This document shows positions 42,346-53,246 of a stretch of 64,000 bases of DNA, one piece after another; position 1 is the first letter of the stretch; every line of letters starts with the position of its first letter. Location: NCBI GenBank assembly GCA_963786955.1, contig CAWBAT010000008.1:544001-608000 (forward strand), in the 5' to 3' direction. Origin of the DNA: an uncultured Acidimicrobiia bacterium. Its GTDB lineage: Bacteria; Acidobacteriota; Terriglobia; Versatilivoradales; Versatilivoraceae. The notes under the pieces were generated by a model. That model was not told where the DNA came from, did not search any database, and saw only the letters and a list, made by a program, of their open reading frames with translations. The position numbers and the translations under genes are program-made.

Positions 42346-43404
42346 TCAATAAACCCATGAATGCCACCGGCGAGGCGCCCAAACGGTCTCACCACTCCTA
42401 TTGATGAAGCGAGTTTTCCAGTTGAGATTTGACCATCTAGGCCCTTCCCATACCTCCGCGATTCCACCAACAAAATTGCCAACATCCTGAAAGGTTGGCT
42501 TAATGACCCACTTCCCCTGGTGATCGATATACCCCCACTGTTCATCTTGCATGACCCCTGCCAGTCCCTCTGAGAAGTCTCTAGCCTCTTCAAATGCCAG
42601 AGGGATCACAACCTGGCCTGCTTTATCGATATAACCCAATTTGCGCTTGAGCTTCACTGCCGCAAGTCCTTCCTTGAAACCAGTGCGATAATGTTTATTC
42701 TCTACCTCGTCAAACTGGGGCTCAATCACTGTGTTTCCTTTTCTGTCAATGAAGCCCCACTTATCCCCAATTCGAATAGCTGCCAGACCTTCCGAAAAAT
42801 CACCTGCGTCCGCGAATTGCGCTGGGATTTCAAAGATTCCCTGCTTGTTAATATAACCATCCTTATTTTTCTCACCATCATAGGCAACAGCCACACCTTC
42901 AGAGAAATCTCCCAAATTACCGGGTCGGGGTGGGAGAGTGAATTTTCCGCTGCGATCCAAGAACCCCCATCCGGAATCTGTGCGAGTTACTGCCATGCCC
43001 TCATGCACTCTCCTCACAAAGCGAAACTCATGTTGGAACAGCAAAACACCCGACTTATCGATCATCCCCCATTGTTCTCCTTTCCTTACCGTAGCCAAAC
43101 CCTCCGAAAAATCCTCAACTTCATTGAATTGGGGCTCGGCTATAACCTTCCCGTTTGAGTCAATAAAACCCCATTCTTTACCGATTGAAATTGCTGCGAT
43201 TCCCTCCGAAAATTGCCGAGCTGATTCAAAGCGCGGTTTTATCTTTACGCGGCCCTGTTGGTCGATATAACCATAACTTGTCCCGATCCGCGCTGGATAC
43301 AAGTGCAGCTCGCCCTTTGACCTTCTTCCACAATTCACCACGACCAGAAGACTTGAAAATAGGGTTACCGCGACCATTTGTCGGATCAGATTCATCTTCA
43401 TCAT
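42346..43404 (-). CDS. WG (KWG) repeat-containing lipoprotein
   Basis: Tandem FSEGLA..KWGFID repeats; lipobox-like VVVNC. Confidence 0.92.
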   Translation of the reverse strand: MMKMNLIRQMVAVTLFSSLLVVVNCGRRSKGELHLYPARIGTSYGYIDQQGRVKIKPRFESARQFSEGIAAISIGKEWGFIDSNGKVIAEPQFNEVEDFSEGLATVRKGEQWGMIDKSGVLLFQHEFRFVRRVHEGMAVTRTDSGWGFLDRSGKFTLPPRPGNLGDFSEGVAVAYDGEKNKDGYINKQGIFEIPAQFADAGDFSEGLAAIRIGDKWGFIDRKGNTVIEPQFDEVENKHYRTGFKEGLAAVKLKRKLGYIDKAGQVVIPLAFEEARDFSEGLAGVMQDEQWGYIDHQGKWVIKPTFQDVGNFVGGIAEVWEGPRWSNLNWKTRFINRSGETVWAPRRWHSWVY

Positions 43405-43767
43405 ATCGATAATATACCAGCCCTTTAATTCGAACTATACAAAGTCCTATGCTGCATGAATCAATGAAGTTGCCAACCAGATTGATTCAATGATTCAAGA
43501 CCAAGGAGAGAAGATTGGTTCCACCCTATCCATCTATTAGGGCCCTACTAATCTTCCTTCCTGCACAAGCGGAATAGGCCCAGTGGTCCTGTTATTGTAT
43601 CCCCGTTTCGTCATTTTCGTGTTTCGTACTGAACCCTATGGGGTTCTATTCAGCATGATTGCCCGCGGCCGGAAGGTTCGCCTCGTCTGGTTGCGTTCCT
43701 CGGAGCTATTTTATACAATCTGCGCTCGTTGCCTTTCTGCCAATTTCATTTCTGGAGGTAAAAAATC

Positions 43768-44772
43768 ATGCCGAAACCAACACCAGCACGCTTCTTTCAA
43801 GCAGTGAACTCATTCCAACAATCGGCTGCGATCAAAGCATCCATCGAGCTGGGTGTGTTCACGGCGATTGGTGCGGGCTGCAAAACGGCCGAAGCACTGG
43901 CTGCTCGCTGCCACGCCTCAGTGAAAGGGATGCGGGTTCTTTGCGATTTCCTCGTCATTAACCAGTTCCTCACCAAAGAGGGTGACTGTTACGGACTCGG
44001 TGCGGATGCGGCGGTCTTTCTCGACAAGAACTCTCCGATGTACGTGGGAGGCATTGTGGGGTTCCTGCTCTTACCGCAGATGGTGCAGGCCTTTGATAAT
44101 TTTACTGCGGTGGTCCGAAAAGGTGGAACCGTGATGAACACGGGCGGTACGATGGCGCACGAACATCCGGTTTGGAAAGACTTTGCGCGCAGTATGGTGC
44201 CGCTCATGATCCCAGCTGCTGAGGGGATCGCCGGCATCGTAAAGGCAAGCGAGGGAGCTCCTATGAAGGTGCTGGATCTGGCGGCCGGACACGGGATCTT
44301 CGGGATCACGATGGCGCGGCACAATCCGAAGGCGGAAATTCACGCCGTGGATTGGGCCCCGGTGCTGGAGATTGCCCGCGAGCATGTCACAGCCGCCGGA
44401 GTGGCGGATCGTTGGCACGCGATTGAAGGCAGCGCTTTTGAAGTGGAGTTCGGTACCGGTTACGACGTCGCACTCATCACGAACTTCCACCACCATTTTT
44501 CGCCGTCCACGATCGAGACCTTGATGCGCAAGGTGCACGGGGCGTTGAAGCCGGAAGGTGTGGCTGTGACGCTGGAGTTTGTGCCAAACGATGATCGGGT
44601 GACCCCGCCCGATGTAGCGGCGTTTTCGATGATCATGTTGGGCACCACTGAGGAAGGCGATGCCTATACCTTCGCCGAGTACCAGGCAATGTTCCAGAAC
44701 TCGGGTTTTGCCCACAACAAGATCTATCCACTCGAAGGTTCAGCCCAGTCGGTGATTGTGTCGCGGCGGTAG
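43768..44772 (+). CDS. Class I SAM-dependent methyltransferase with dimerisation domain
   Basis: ASIELGVF N-terminal wHTH, VLDLAAGHG, NFHHHF; GGAGG RBS. Confidence 0.92.
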   Translation: MPKPTPARFFQAVNSFQQSAAIKASIELGVFTAIGAGCKTAEALAARCHASVKGMRVLCDFLVINQFLTKEGDCYGLGADAAVFLDKNSPMYVGGIVGFLLLPQMVQAFDNFTAVVRKGGTVMNTGGTMAHEHPVWKDFARSMVPLMIPAAEGIAGIVKASEGAPMKVLDLAAGHGIFGITMARHNPKAEIHAVDWAPVLEIAREHVTAAGVADRWHAIEGSAFEVEFGTGYDVALITNFHHHFSPSTIETLMRKVHGALKPEGVAVTLEFVPNDDRVTPPDVAAFSMIMLGTTEEGDAYTFAEYQAMFQNSGFAHNKIYPLEGSAQSVIVSRR

Positions 44773-45140
44773 TCATCGCAAAAGGGAGGCGGTTGATTGT
44801 TCGGCTCGCCCAAACTCAGTCATAAAGCAAAGAGATGACGAAATCCGAACAAGCAGAAATAACTAAGCTTACCTCTGCATCATGCTTGACCGCTGCGAAC
44901 CCAGTCAGCACAATGAACAGGCTACCATGAATTAGCCCCACTATCCCAAACCCTACCAGAACGAAGAATAGTATCGTCAGAAGGATTCTCATATCATCCC
45001 CCTGATTGTATTGCAAGATACCACCCAAACTGGCAATCGCGACAAACCAACAACTTGCGAGGGTTGGAGTTAATCTAGGCGGAATTTTTGTTCACAAAGT
45101 GATGTTTTTGCCGATCTATATTTCCTGTGAGGTCCAATGT

Positions 45141-46184
45141 ATGAGAATCAAATTCTGGTGTCGCATTCAGTGTATTTCATTCCTGTGCCTGTTAGCCGTT
45201 GATGCGTTTGCGGAGGACGCCCAGAAGAAGGAACCTCTCGCATTGATTAATGACGAGCCTATTACCGCTGAAGAGGTCGAAAAGCCGCTTGGTGCCGAGA
45301 TCAGTAAGCTAGAAGAGCAGGTCTATGCACTCAAGCGACAAAAGCTAGAAGGGCTCATCCAGGTAAGGTTGCTGGCCAAGGAGGCCGCCAAACGGGGGAT
45401 TAGCATCCCCGCGCTCTTGGACGCAGAGGTGACATCAAAGATCAGTGCAGTTACCGATGAAGAGATCGAAACTTACTACCAAGCCAATAAAGCCAAATAC
45501 CCTGGAGATAATTATCGGCAGGTGATTCAATCTCAACTGCAAAATCAAAGGCGCTTCGCCCAACAGCAGGCTTTTATCAGATCACTTCGATCTCAGGCAA
45601 ACATCGTCATCAATCTGAAGCCGCCCCCGGTCTATCGAGTCAACGTCAGTGCGGAGGGTGCTCCGATTCGCGGCTCTGCCAACGCCCAGGTAACGATCGT
45701 CGAGTTTTCAGATTTCCACTGCCCCTACTGTAAACAGGTTCAACCCACTCTGAAGCGGATTCTGTCTGACTATGGCGACCGTGTGAGACTAGCCTACCGG
45801 GATTTTCCCATCGACCACCTTCACCCAAGTGCGCGCAAAGCCGCTGAGGCGGCCCGCTGCGCCAACGACCAGGGGAAGTTCTGGGAGTTTCATGACAAGC
45901 TTTATGGCAGCGCGACAGACGCGAGCCCTGAAACCCTGACGGGTCTTGCCAAGGAAACAAACTTAGATGTTGTTGCTTTCCAGCAATGCATTGCCACCAG
46001 CAGACACCGGCCCGATATTGATCGAGATATCGAGGAGGCTTCTAGTTTAGGAATAACCGGCACGCCAGGCTTTTTCATTAACGGAAGATTGATTTCTGGA
46101 GCCCAAGCATATGAAAGCTTCGCCAGAATCATCAATGAAGAGCTAGCACAGTCTGGCCAGAAACCTACCACTCAAGCGCCCTAA
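45141..46184 (+). CDS. Exported DsbA/thioredoxin-fold protein with SurA-like N-terminal region
   Basis: EFSDFHCPYC and GITGTPGFFINGR; signal peptide from ATG 45141. Confidence 0.9.
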   Translation: MRIKFWCRIQCISFLCLLAVDAFAEDAQKKEPLALINDEPITAEEVEKPLGAEISKLEEQVYALKRQKLEGLIQVRLLAKEAAKRGISIPALLDAEVTSKISAVTDEEIETYYQANKAKYPGDNYRQVIQSQLQNQRRFAQQQAFIRSLRSQANIVINLKPPPVYRVNVSAEGAPIRGSANAQVTIVEFSDFHCPYCKQVQPTLKRILSDYGDRVRLAYRDFPIDHLHPSARKAAEAARCANDQGKFWEFHDKLYGSATDASPETLTGLAKETNLDVVAFQQCIATSRHRPDIDRDIEEASSLGITGTPGFFINGRLISGAQAYESFARIINEELAQSGQKPTTQAP

Positions 46185-47141
46185 TGACTTTGGCGGCGTC
46201 CTCATGACCCCCGTCTTTGCTACCGCGTGCCTTATCAGCGTTGCTTAGCCCTTGTAGACACGATCCCTGATCCCGGCCCTAGAGATTGGACATAGAGCAG
46301 GCCAGAGGCCCGCATCACAACCTTGTGGTGCAGGCGTCCTCGCCTGCCCCCAAGCGGACTGAAAGGCCGCCACTTGTGGGCGGGACGCTCGCGCTCCCAG
46401 GGCAACCTCTTCTGCAAGGACTTCTGCAACTCAGTACTAGTTCACTCAGAGGTGGACTAGATTCCTCCGTCGCGATTGCCGTTGCATCAATTTACCAATT
46501 AACAACTGCTCCACACGCAGACAGGTATTCCCTGTCACTTGAAAGTAATTCCGGCATTGCCCAAATTCTCAACTTCCATCGCCTAGCGACCGCTCTAAAC
46601 CTGTCTCATCGCGCTTCTCCAGTCTTGGCAAGGTTCTTTAAGCTTCTAGCACCTCAAAATGCCCCAAGGGTCGAGCTGGAGGGGAGTTCCCTCGTGCACA
46701 ATGAGGGGACAGCTTCTCTTAAGTAGAAAACTTTTTCTTATTTGGCAGATGTGAGAAGCAGGTTTACATCCTGACAGTTGGCACCTAAATACTTTTCCCA
46801 TTAAGCGAATAAGACTGGTCAGGCATCCAAATACGGTTTTGTGGCCGCAGGTTTGCACCTTTTGGCCCTGTGTGGATCCTCACTGGGTTACTCACACCTT
46901 CAAGGATTCAACGCAACGCTGCTTCGAGTGATTGCTCGGGGATATTGGTGACACGGCGGTGTACAGGGCTGCAGAAGTCCGGGTTGCATGGGTTGTCCGG
47001 GGTCAGCGACCCCGGCTACAGCAAGACACGAGATTAGATCAACAAAGCACTAAGATCTACCTTCTTTGGTTGCTTTTAGATTCCAGAGAATTAAAGCGGA
47101 TTCGCAGGAACGCCAAATTTTAAAACAGGAGTAATCATCAC

Positions 47142-48885
47142 ATGCTAAAGGGAAAGAAATGCAGGACAGAAAAATGCCAGGGGAGGTACTTATGCATCAA
47201 GTCTTACATCGATACTATATCAACGCTTATAATCGCCCTCGCGCTAGCCGTGCTCGCTGCATGGCCAGCCACAGTGTTTGCGCAGATTCAACTTGACGGC
47301 GATGCAAAGAAGAGTACCGGCACAGGTAGTGGCACTGACTGGGACGAAGTGCTTTGCCCGAACGCAAGTATTAATTGTACCGGCCTGACTGCCGGTGGTG
47401 GCGCGACCGCCAAGACAGGACTCGTCGTTGACCGGCCGGAACCCTCGTTCGCTCAGTTCACCGGGGGCGGATCAAAGGATGAACAAGATATCCCAATTGG
47501 AGGCATCGTAGCGGGACGCCGCTCGGACTAAGGACGACATCTCGCACGCTTTCGCGGCTGCTTTCACGAAGAACATTACTAATGGTCCTCACACTATCCT
47601 CGCTTTTGGCATGGACCGCTATGACACCAGCGGTAACGCGCAGCTAGGGTTCTGGTTTCTTGCCCAAAACGCGCAGCCTATCGCTGGCGGGACTTTTAAG
47701 GGTAATCATCAGGATGGCGACTTGCTCGTCCTCGTTAACTTCGTCAGCGGCGGCACCATTCCGAACTTACAGGTATATAAGTGGATGAACGGGGGGGTGG
47801 TGTCACAGGGCATCGGCGGAACGGTGTCATGTAGCGGCGGGACTATACCGGGATCCGGCTTTTGTGGAATCACCAATGCTGTTTCTGTTGACGCTCCCTG
47901 GACGTACGAGAACAAGGACGTGGGCGTCACCACGTCCTTCCCAGCCGGGGCCTTCTTCGAGGGTGGAATCGACCTTACGGCTCTGGGCCTGACGGGATGC
48001 TTCACTGGATTCATCGCCGAAAGCCGCAGCTCTACTTCGATCACAGCGGTATTGAAAGACTTCTCAGACCCAGGTGCTGGATTCAACCTCTGCAGCATCG
48101 GCGTGACCAAAGAGTGCGCAACTCCAGTGCTGAGTGGTGACCAAAAGTATATCACGTACACAATTCGCGGTACAGTTAAGAACACTGGTTCCGGTACAGT
48201 GTACAATGTGGACCTTGCTGATAACCCAGCTGCGGACCCGAACAGTACCAATCACTTCGATGTCACTGATTGTGCAACTAAGACACAAGATCATGGCGAC
48301 TTCCCCGTTGCCTCGATGGTGGGCGGAGCACAGGTCTGCTACAAGTCCAGCATTACGGTGCCTCTGGCCACCGGCAACAAGGACACAGTTACCGTGACAG
48401 CGAATTCGAAATCCGATTTAACCGGCACGGGGTTGACAAATTCGGCCACGGCAGACTGTCCGAATGCTACGATTGTGGCAGCACTTACGGTTACAAAGAA
48501 TTGTGAAACTGTGCTCGATACCGTGGGCAGCAATCTTGTCGTTAAGGTCAATGCCTGGGGGGATGTCTGCAACAGCGGCGGCGCAGGCGGCTCTAACTTA
48601 TCCCAAGTGACGGTGTCGGATACCATCGGTAGCACGACCACTACTGTGCTAAGCGTAAATTCGCTGCTGGCCGATACTGATCCTACTTCCGTTGTCCAAG
48701 GGGAGTGCAAGCCTTACTCGTTCTCCTACTACCCGTCGGGAGCCAACTCTACCACTCCCGGCAGCGTGTGCTTCCAAGACACTGTCACCGCCACAGCCAA
48801 GGATATCTTTAATGCTACGGTCAATGCGGTGCCAGCTATTGCTAACTGCTCCCTCTGCCCGGGCACGCATTGCCCGGCGCCGTAA
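47142..48885 (+). CDS. Secreted Cys/Thr-rich surface protein, frameshifted near 47500-47530
   Basis: AGGAG RBS, signal peptide, FTGGGSKD..KDDI..DRYDTSGNAQLGFWF, two Ig-like repeats (VTKEC/VTKNC..DTVTVTA/DTVTATA). Confidence 0.75.
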
Positions 48886-48931
48886 CAGCCCGCGACTGGG
48901 GATGAGGTTATCTTGTTACTGGACCACTTGA

Positions 48932-48969
48932 GAGGGCGATGGGTAGATCCCATCGCCCTCTTCTTTTTT
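48932..48969 (+). terminator. Intrinsic terminator
   Basis: GAGGGCGATGG-loop-CCATCGCCCTC followed by TTCTTTTTT. Confidence 0.8.
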
Positions 48970-49492
48970 CTTCGACGAGTCGAGGCGCCAACACGTGACT
49001 GTTCGCGTATCTTCCTCGAGCTACCGAATTGGCTGCGGCCCCCTTGGGAGAGAAGGTGTGAAGAAATTCAATTCTTGGCTTCCCTCCTTGGTTAGGAGGG
49101 GGCAGGGGGGTGGTGGTTCTGGTAGGGCGCGTACGGTGTGCGCGCCGAATGTCCGCGACGGTCTCAGCCCCGCAGTGGCGGCCTTTCAGGCCACATGGGG
49201 GCAGGCAAGGGTGCCTGCACCACAAGGTTGTGGTGCGGGCCTCTGGCCTGCACAAATGTCCAAACTCCAGCGGCGGTCTCAGCGAGACCGCCCTACCTTA
49301 CTCCTGGAGTCCCTTAACCAAGGGGGACACTGGCAGATCAACACCGAAACCAATTATTTCACACCTTCCGGGGTGTAGCGCGCGCTCCTGCGCACGCTTG
49401 CCGCTGAGATCGGGCCGGTGGTTCCGTATTGAGTGTTTTGAAGTCTACAGAAAGCGTGGAAGCCACATGGAGCGCGCCCGATCCTTTAACAC

Positions 49493-51466
49493 CTACGGCT
49501 TGGGCCCGCCTTTACCACCACCACCGCTGCTTCCGCCTCCAATAGTGACTGTGGCGGTGTTGCTCGACGCAGACACGTTGCCAGCCGCATCGAATGCTTT
49601 AACAAAGTATTGGTAGGTCGCACCCGAAGTCGTCGATCCATCAATGTAGCTCAGACTCGTGGTAGTACCGATCAAGAAACCATTTCGAAAAACTTTATAG
49701 CCGCTGACACCCACGTTGTCGTGAGAAGCACTCCAGGAGAGGCTCACTCCCTTGCGGTTGACTGAGGCTGAGAGTCCGGTCGGCGCCGAGGGAGAGGTCA
49801 GGTCGGGCTGGAGCACGAGGCTATAAGTGCCTCTTACAGAAACTGTGCGGCTCGGTTGATTCGCATCCCAAACATCCACCCCCACAGTGTAATTGCCTGC
49901 AGTCGCGCCTGGTGGCGAGGTCACGGAAAGACTGGCTTGGCCGCTGCCGCCAGGCAGCAACGTCAGCGATGCGGGTGAGACGCCTCCAGTCCATCCAGCG
50001 GGCACGGACTGGCGCAGATTGAAGACAGTTTGTGAGCAGTTCGTACTATCCAAGTTGGTAACAGAGACCGTGTAGTTGAGGGTGCCGCCCGGATTTGCAT
50101 TTTGGCTCGATGGAGAAAGGCCGACCGTCGGCAGCGCAGGCCGGCACGTGTTTTCGAAGCGCACCTGTGTGGTTGCATGATCCACTGTGTGACTCATCTG
50201 CGTGAAGGTGATCCCATTAACCGAATCGGCAAAACTCTCTCCATCGGCAAGCACGGCCACAAGATTGGTGTTACCTGCTCCGCTCCAGCTATGCACGCTC
50301 GTCCGATCGAGGTACGAAAAAAGATCGAGGTTCACGTCGAAGCCAATCCGCTGGCGATAGGACAGGTAATAGTGTTCATTCGTGTCTGGTTTGAAAATCT
50401 TAAGGGCTGGAGGCGCTACTGTGTTGAGGGGGTTGAGTTCGAGCGGGGCGATGGCGTAATTCCCGTCGTTGCTCACGGCAACCAATTCCTGTGGAGGAAT
50501 CCATCCCATCTGTTCTTTATGGGGCGCGTTGATCTGGCGCAACGGTCTGCCGCTCCCGCCCATGATATCCGAGATGTCACCGTAAACACCGCTCGGGGTG
50601 GCCGCGTGTTGCATCCCCAGGTTATGGCCGAGTTCGTGGGCAAATACGTCCGGCAAGTCGCAGCGGAACACCCAGGCGCGACTGGGATTGCTGCCAACCT
50701 CACCGATGCCAGCTACAGAACAAATAGACGGCATGACGTACACCTTCCGAGGGAAGGCGTTGAGGTTAATCCCATCGGCTTGTACCGCTGCATCGGCAGC
50801 GTCAGCCCAGAGTGTGGAGTCGCAACTGCTGCCCGAGTAGTTGAGCGCGTAAGGACCCACGACCTGGCCGGTAAATGAGATCGCGCTATAAGAAGTTTCC
50901 CGGTAGAGGCCGTCAACCGAGCTGGTCAGACCATTAAACATGAGGTCCCGAATCGAGTCGATAGAGCAAGCGACACTGGCATCGGTTAAATTTGCCACAA
51001 TCACCAAGGCTTTCTGTTCACCAGAGACAACCGTCGCTGGTGACGTTGCCACTGTAATGCTCTGCTGGTTCACTCCGTCTGCGGCCAGAAGCAGTTCTTT
51101 CCCCTTTGCCGTTCCTCGCGCCGTGACAGTCATTCCCGAACGAAGGTGTTGCGGAGCTTTCTTGGCAAACCGCAGAGTAAAGGTTTTGCGGGTTTCCTGA
51201 TCTTCCAGCAAGTATAAGGTCGTCCCGTGCTCTTCGGCTTCTGGCTCATTGTCAATTTGCACGATTTTAAGTTTGCCGGTGATGGTGACGTCTATTTTTT
51301 CTGCCGGCGCTGCAAAAGCAATTGGGGTGCCACCCAAACCCACGAGCACAGCGACGCATAAAGCGAGGTGCCTAAGCATCAATTCTTTGTATTTAATGGT
51401 GGAACAGGCGGGGCTCAAAGCCCCGAGAACCGCCGCGACGGCGGACAGGACTAGACTGGTTTTCAT
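49493..51466 (-). CDS. Secreted metzincin (M11 gametolysin-like) peptidase with NEW3/NPCBM-associated and FN3 domains
   Basis: HELGHNLGMQH, YGDISDIMG Met-turn, VPAGWT NEW3 motif, DNVGVSGY..AFDAAGNVS FN3. Confidence 0.88.
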   Translation of the reverse strand: MKTSLVLSAVAAVLGALSPACSTIKYKELMLRHLALCVAVLVGLGGTPIAFAAPAEKIDVTITGKLKIVQIDNEPEAEEHGTTLYLLEDQETRKTFTLRFAKKAPQHLRSGMTVTARGTAKGKELLLAADGVNQQSITVATSPATVVSGEQKALVIVANLTDASVACSIDSIRDLMFNGLTSSVDGLYRETSYSAISFTGQVVGPYALNYSGSSCDSTLWADAADAAVQADGINLNAFPRKVYVMPSICSVAGIGEVGSNPSRAWVFRCDLPDVFAHELGHNLGMQHAATPSGVYGDISDIMGGSGRPLRQINAPHKEQMGWIPPQELVAVSNDGNYAIAPLELNPLNTVAPPALKIFKPDTNEHYYLSYRQRIGFDVNLDLFSYLDRTSVHSWSGAGNTNLVAVLADGESFADSVNGITFTQMSHTVDHATTQVRFENTCRPALPTVGLSPSSQNANPGGTLNYTVSVTNLDSTNCSQTVFNLRQSVPAGWTGGVSPASLTLLPGGSGQASLSVTSPPGATAGNYTVGVDVWDANQPSRTVSVRGTYSLVLQPDLTSPSAPTGLSASVNRKGVSLSWSASHDNVGVSGYKVFRNGFLIGTTTSLSYIDGSTTSGATYQYFVKAFDAAGNVSASSNTATVTIGGGSSGGGGKGGPKP

Positions 51467-51556
51467 ATCGCCCTCCTGAAGAGCGCTTTCTAAGTTCAGA
51501 ATCCCAGGCCGACCTCCGCAAGAGGGTTAACAAGCCCCTACGACCCAGTGCAAGGT

Positions 51557-51880
51557 CTTAATCGGAATTTTCATTTTAGCTCCCAGCAGTTCCTCACTAT
51601 ATACCCATCGAGGGATTCCAGCGCACTACTTTTTCTTTCGCAGGGCCCAGGGCGAGTCACAGGGTCCGGTCTGCCCCAACGCGACTCCCAAGACTGCTGA
51701 CCGCGGCCTCCCATCCGTTACGTGTTCGCTGATGAGTTCGCCAAAATACAAGCGTTCATCGAACTCTCGCACCAAGAGCTGGCCACCATCCGACGTCACT
51801 CGCGATCCTTCGAAGATCAACTCTTAAAGAGGGGATGAAGGAGTGCTGAAAGGGCTGGTTTGGCTGTTCACCCACTGGGT
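51557..51880 (-). mobile_element. IS1380-family remnant (internally deleted)
   Basis: From GTG 51875: GEQPNQPFQ..FEGSRVTSDGG.LLVREFDERL, the IS1380 transposase N-terminus; end-like AAAATGAAAATTCCGATT near 51560. Confidence 0.78.
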
Positions 51881-52388
51881 GCAAGCCTTCAGAGTGTCCT
51901 TCGCCCGGTCAAAAGTGCGGAATAAAAAGAAGTGGAATGTAGTGAGATGATTTTCGAGACTGACTTAAAGGTTGGTTCAACCGAGGGCAGGATTGTAACG
52001 TTCCGCTAGCTGATGGCAACGCCAGTCGGGAGTTTTGGCTTCGCCCCAAGTTTGTGCGCCGAAGTGATGGGGCGTGCGCCCGGGAGTCGCATTCGGCCCT
52101 GCGCGTCCTCAATGTGCCTCCGATGCCGTTTACGACTAAACCCGAATTCCGAAGTTGCGTGAACGTTGCCAGGTGGAGCGGGCGCTCCCGCGCACGCTCA
52201 ATGAACGCGAGGCGGGGGACAGCGGTCCCACGCGCGCGTTCCACCTAACCCGACAAGCTCTGTGCAAAGCTGAGCGCCTGTGGTAATTTGAACAGGAGGT
52301 CTGACATGGATAAATTGAGAACACGAACCGGAGGCAGGGGCATCCACACATGTGTTTCCTGCATGTCTGCGCCAGCCGCGTTCCAGAC

Positions 52389-53072
52389 CTACTTTCCCTT
52401 CGGAGAATATTTGGTCAATACTTTGATGACGGGCTTTGCCGCGGATGGAACAGCGACCTTTCCCGGGGCCAAAATGACTCTGGCTTGTATTTCTTTTCCA
52501 TAAAGAGCCTTGTCTGCATCTTTGTCCTGACGCAAGGTAGATCCTTTCAGTTCCAGCCCGGCAAAGACCCCCTGGCTGCGGGAATAGCTAAGGATTTTCG
52601 CCTTCATAGCTGCATCGGTCTCAGCCGTGGTGGCTCGTCCCACCGGTCCCCCGGCTACCGAGGCATCTCCTCCCAGCGTCACTTTGCTGCTGAGAAGGGA
52701 ATCGATACCGCTCCGATTCATGATCAACAACACTACGTCGACTGCGGCCCCGCCAATCTGTAGCCCAAAACTCCCTCCTTCCAGAATCACCATCGCGGGC
52801 GCCCCCCAGGCAGTCTTGGCGTTATTACGGCAACTGATCATTCCTTTTCCGTACCGGGCTCCAGCGATGAATCCAGCTTTTTTCATGCTGGGGATGATGG
52901 CCACACACTCAGCCTTGTCCAGGAGGTCACGCGGGATGGTTTTGTCAGGAGCTGACATGATTTCACCAAAAACCGTAGCAGAGTTCGCCAACCTTTCTGC
53001 CTCCTTATGCTCAGCAAACAATGTCCCAATATTAAAGGATGCGATCAAGACTACAAGCCATAGCTTATTCAT
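52389..53072 (-). CDS. Lipid-binding SYLF (Ysc84) domain protein, exported
   Basis: GGSFGLQIGG, LGGDASVAGGPVGR, ILSYSRSQGVFAG. Confidence 0.93.
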   Translation of the reverse strand: MNKLWLVVLIASFNIGTLFAEHKEAERLANSATVFGEIMSAPDKTIPRDLLDKAECVAIIPSMKKAGFIAGARYGKGMISCRNNAKTAWGAPAMVILEGGSFGLQIGGAAVDVVLLIMNRSGIDSLLSSKVTLGGDASVAGGPVGRATTAETDAAMKAKILSYSRSQGVFAGLELKGSTLRQDKDADKALYGKEIQARVILAPGKVAVPSAAKPVIKVLTKYSPKGK

Positions 53073-53246
53073 GCCCTTCTCCTTTCTAACAGTACGTTAG
53101 AAGCTTTATCGGTTTACTGAACCTACTGGTGATCTTAAAGTTCTTTTGCGAGCTGTCCAGCTCGGTAACTTACCGGAGTGCTCTGCCAAAATCTTGGTTG
53201 AACATGATTCGAAGAGAGGGCTATAGAGCTTAAGATAGCCTCCGAG

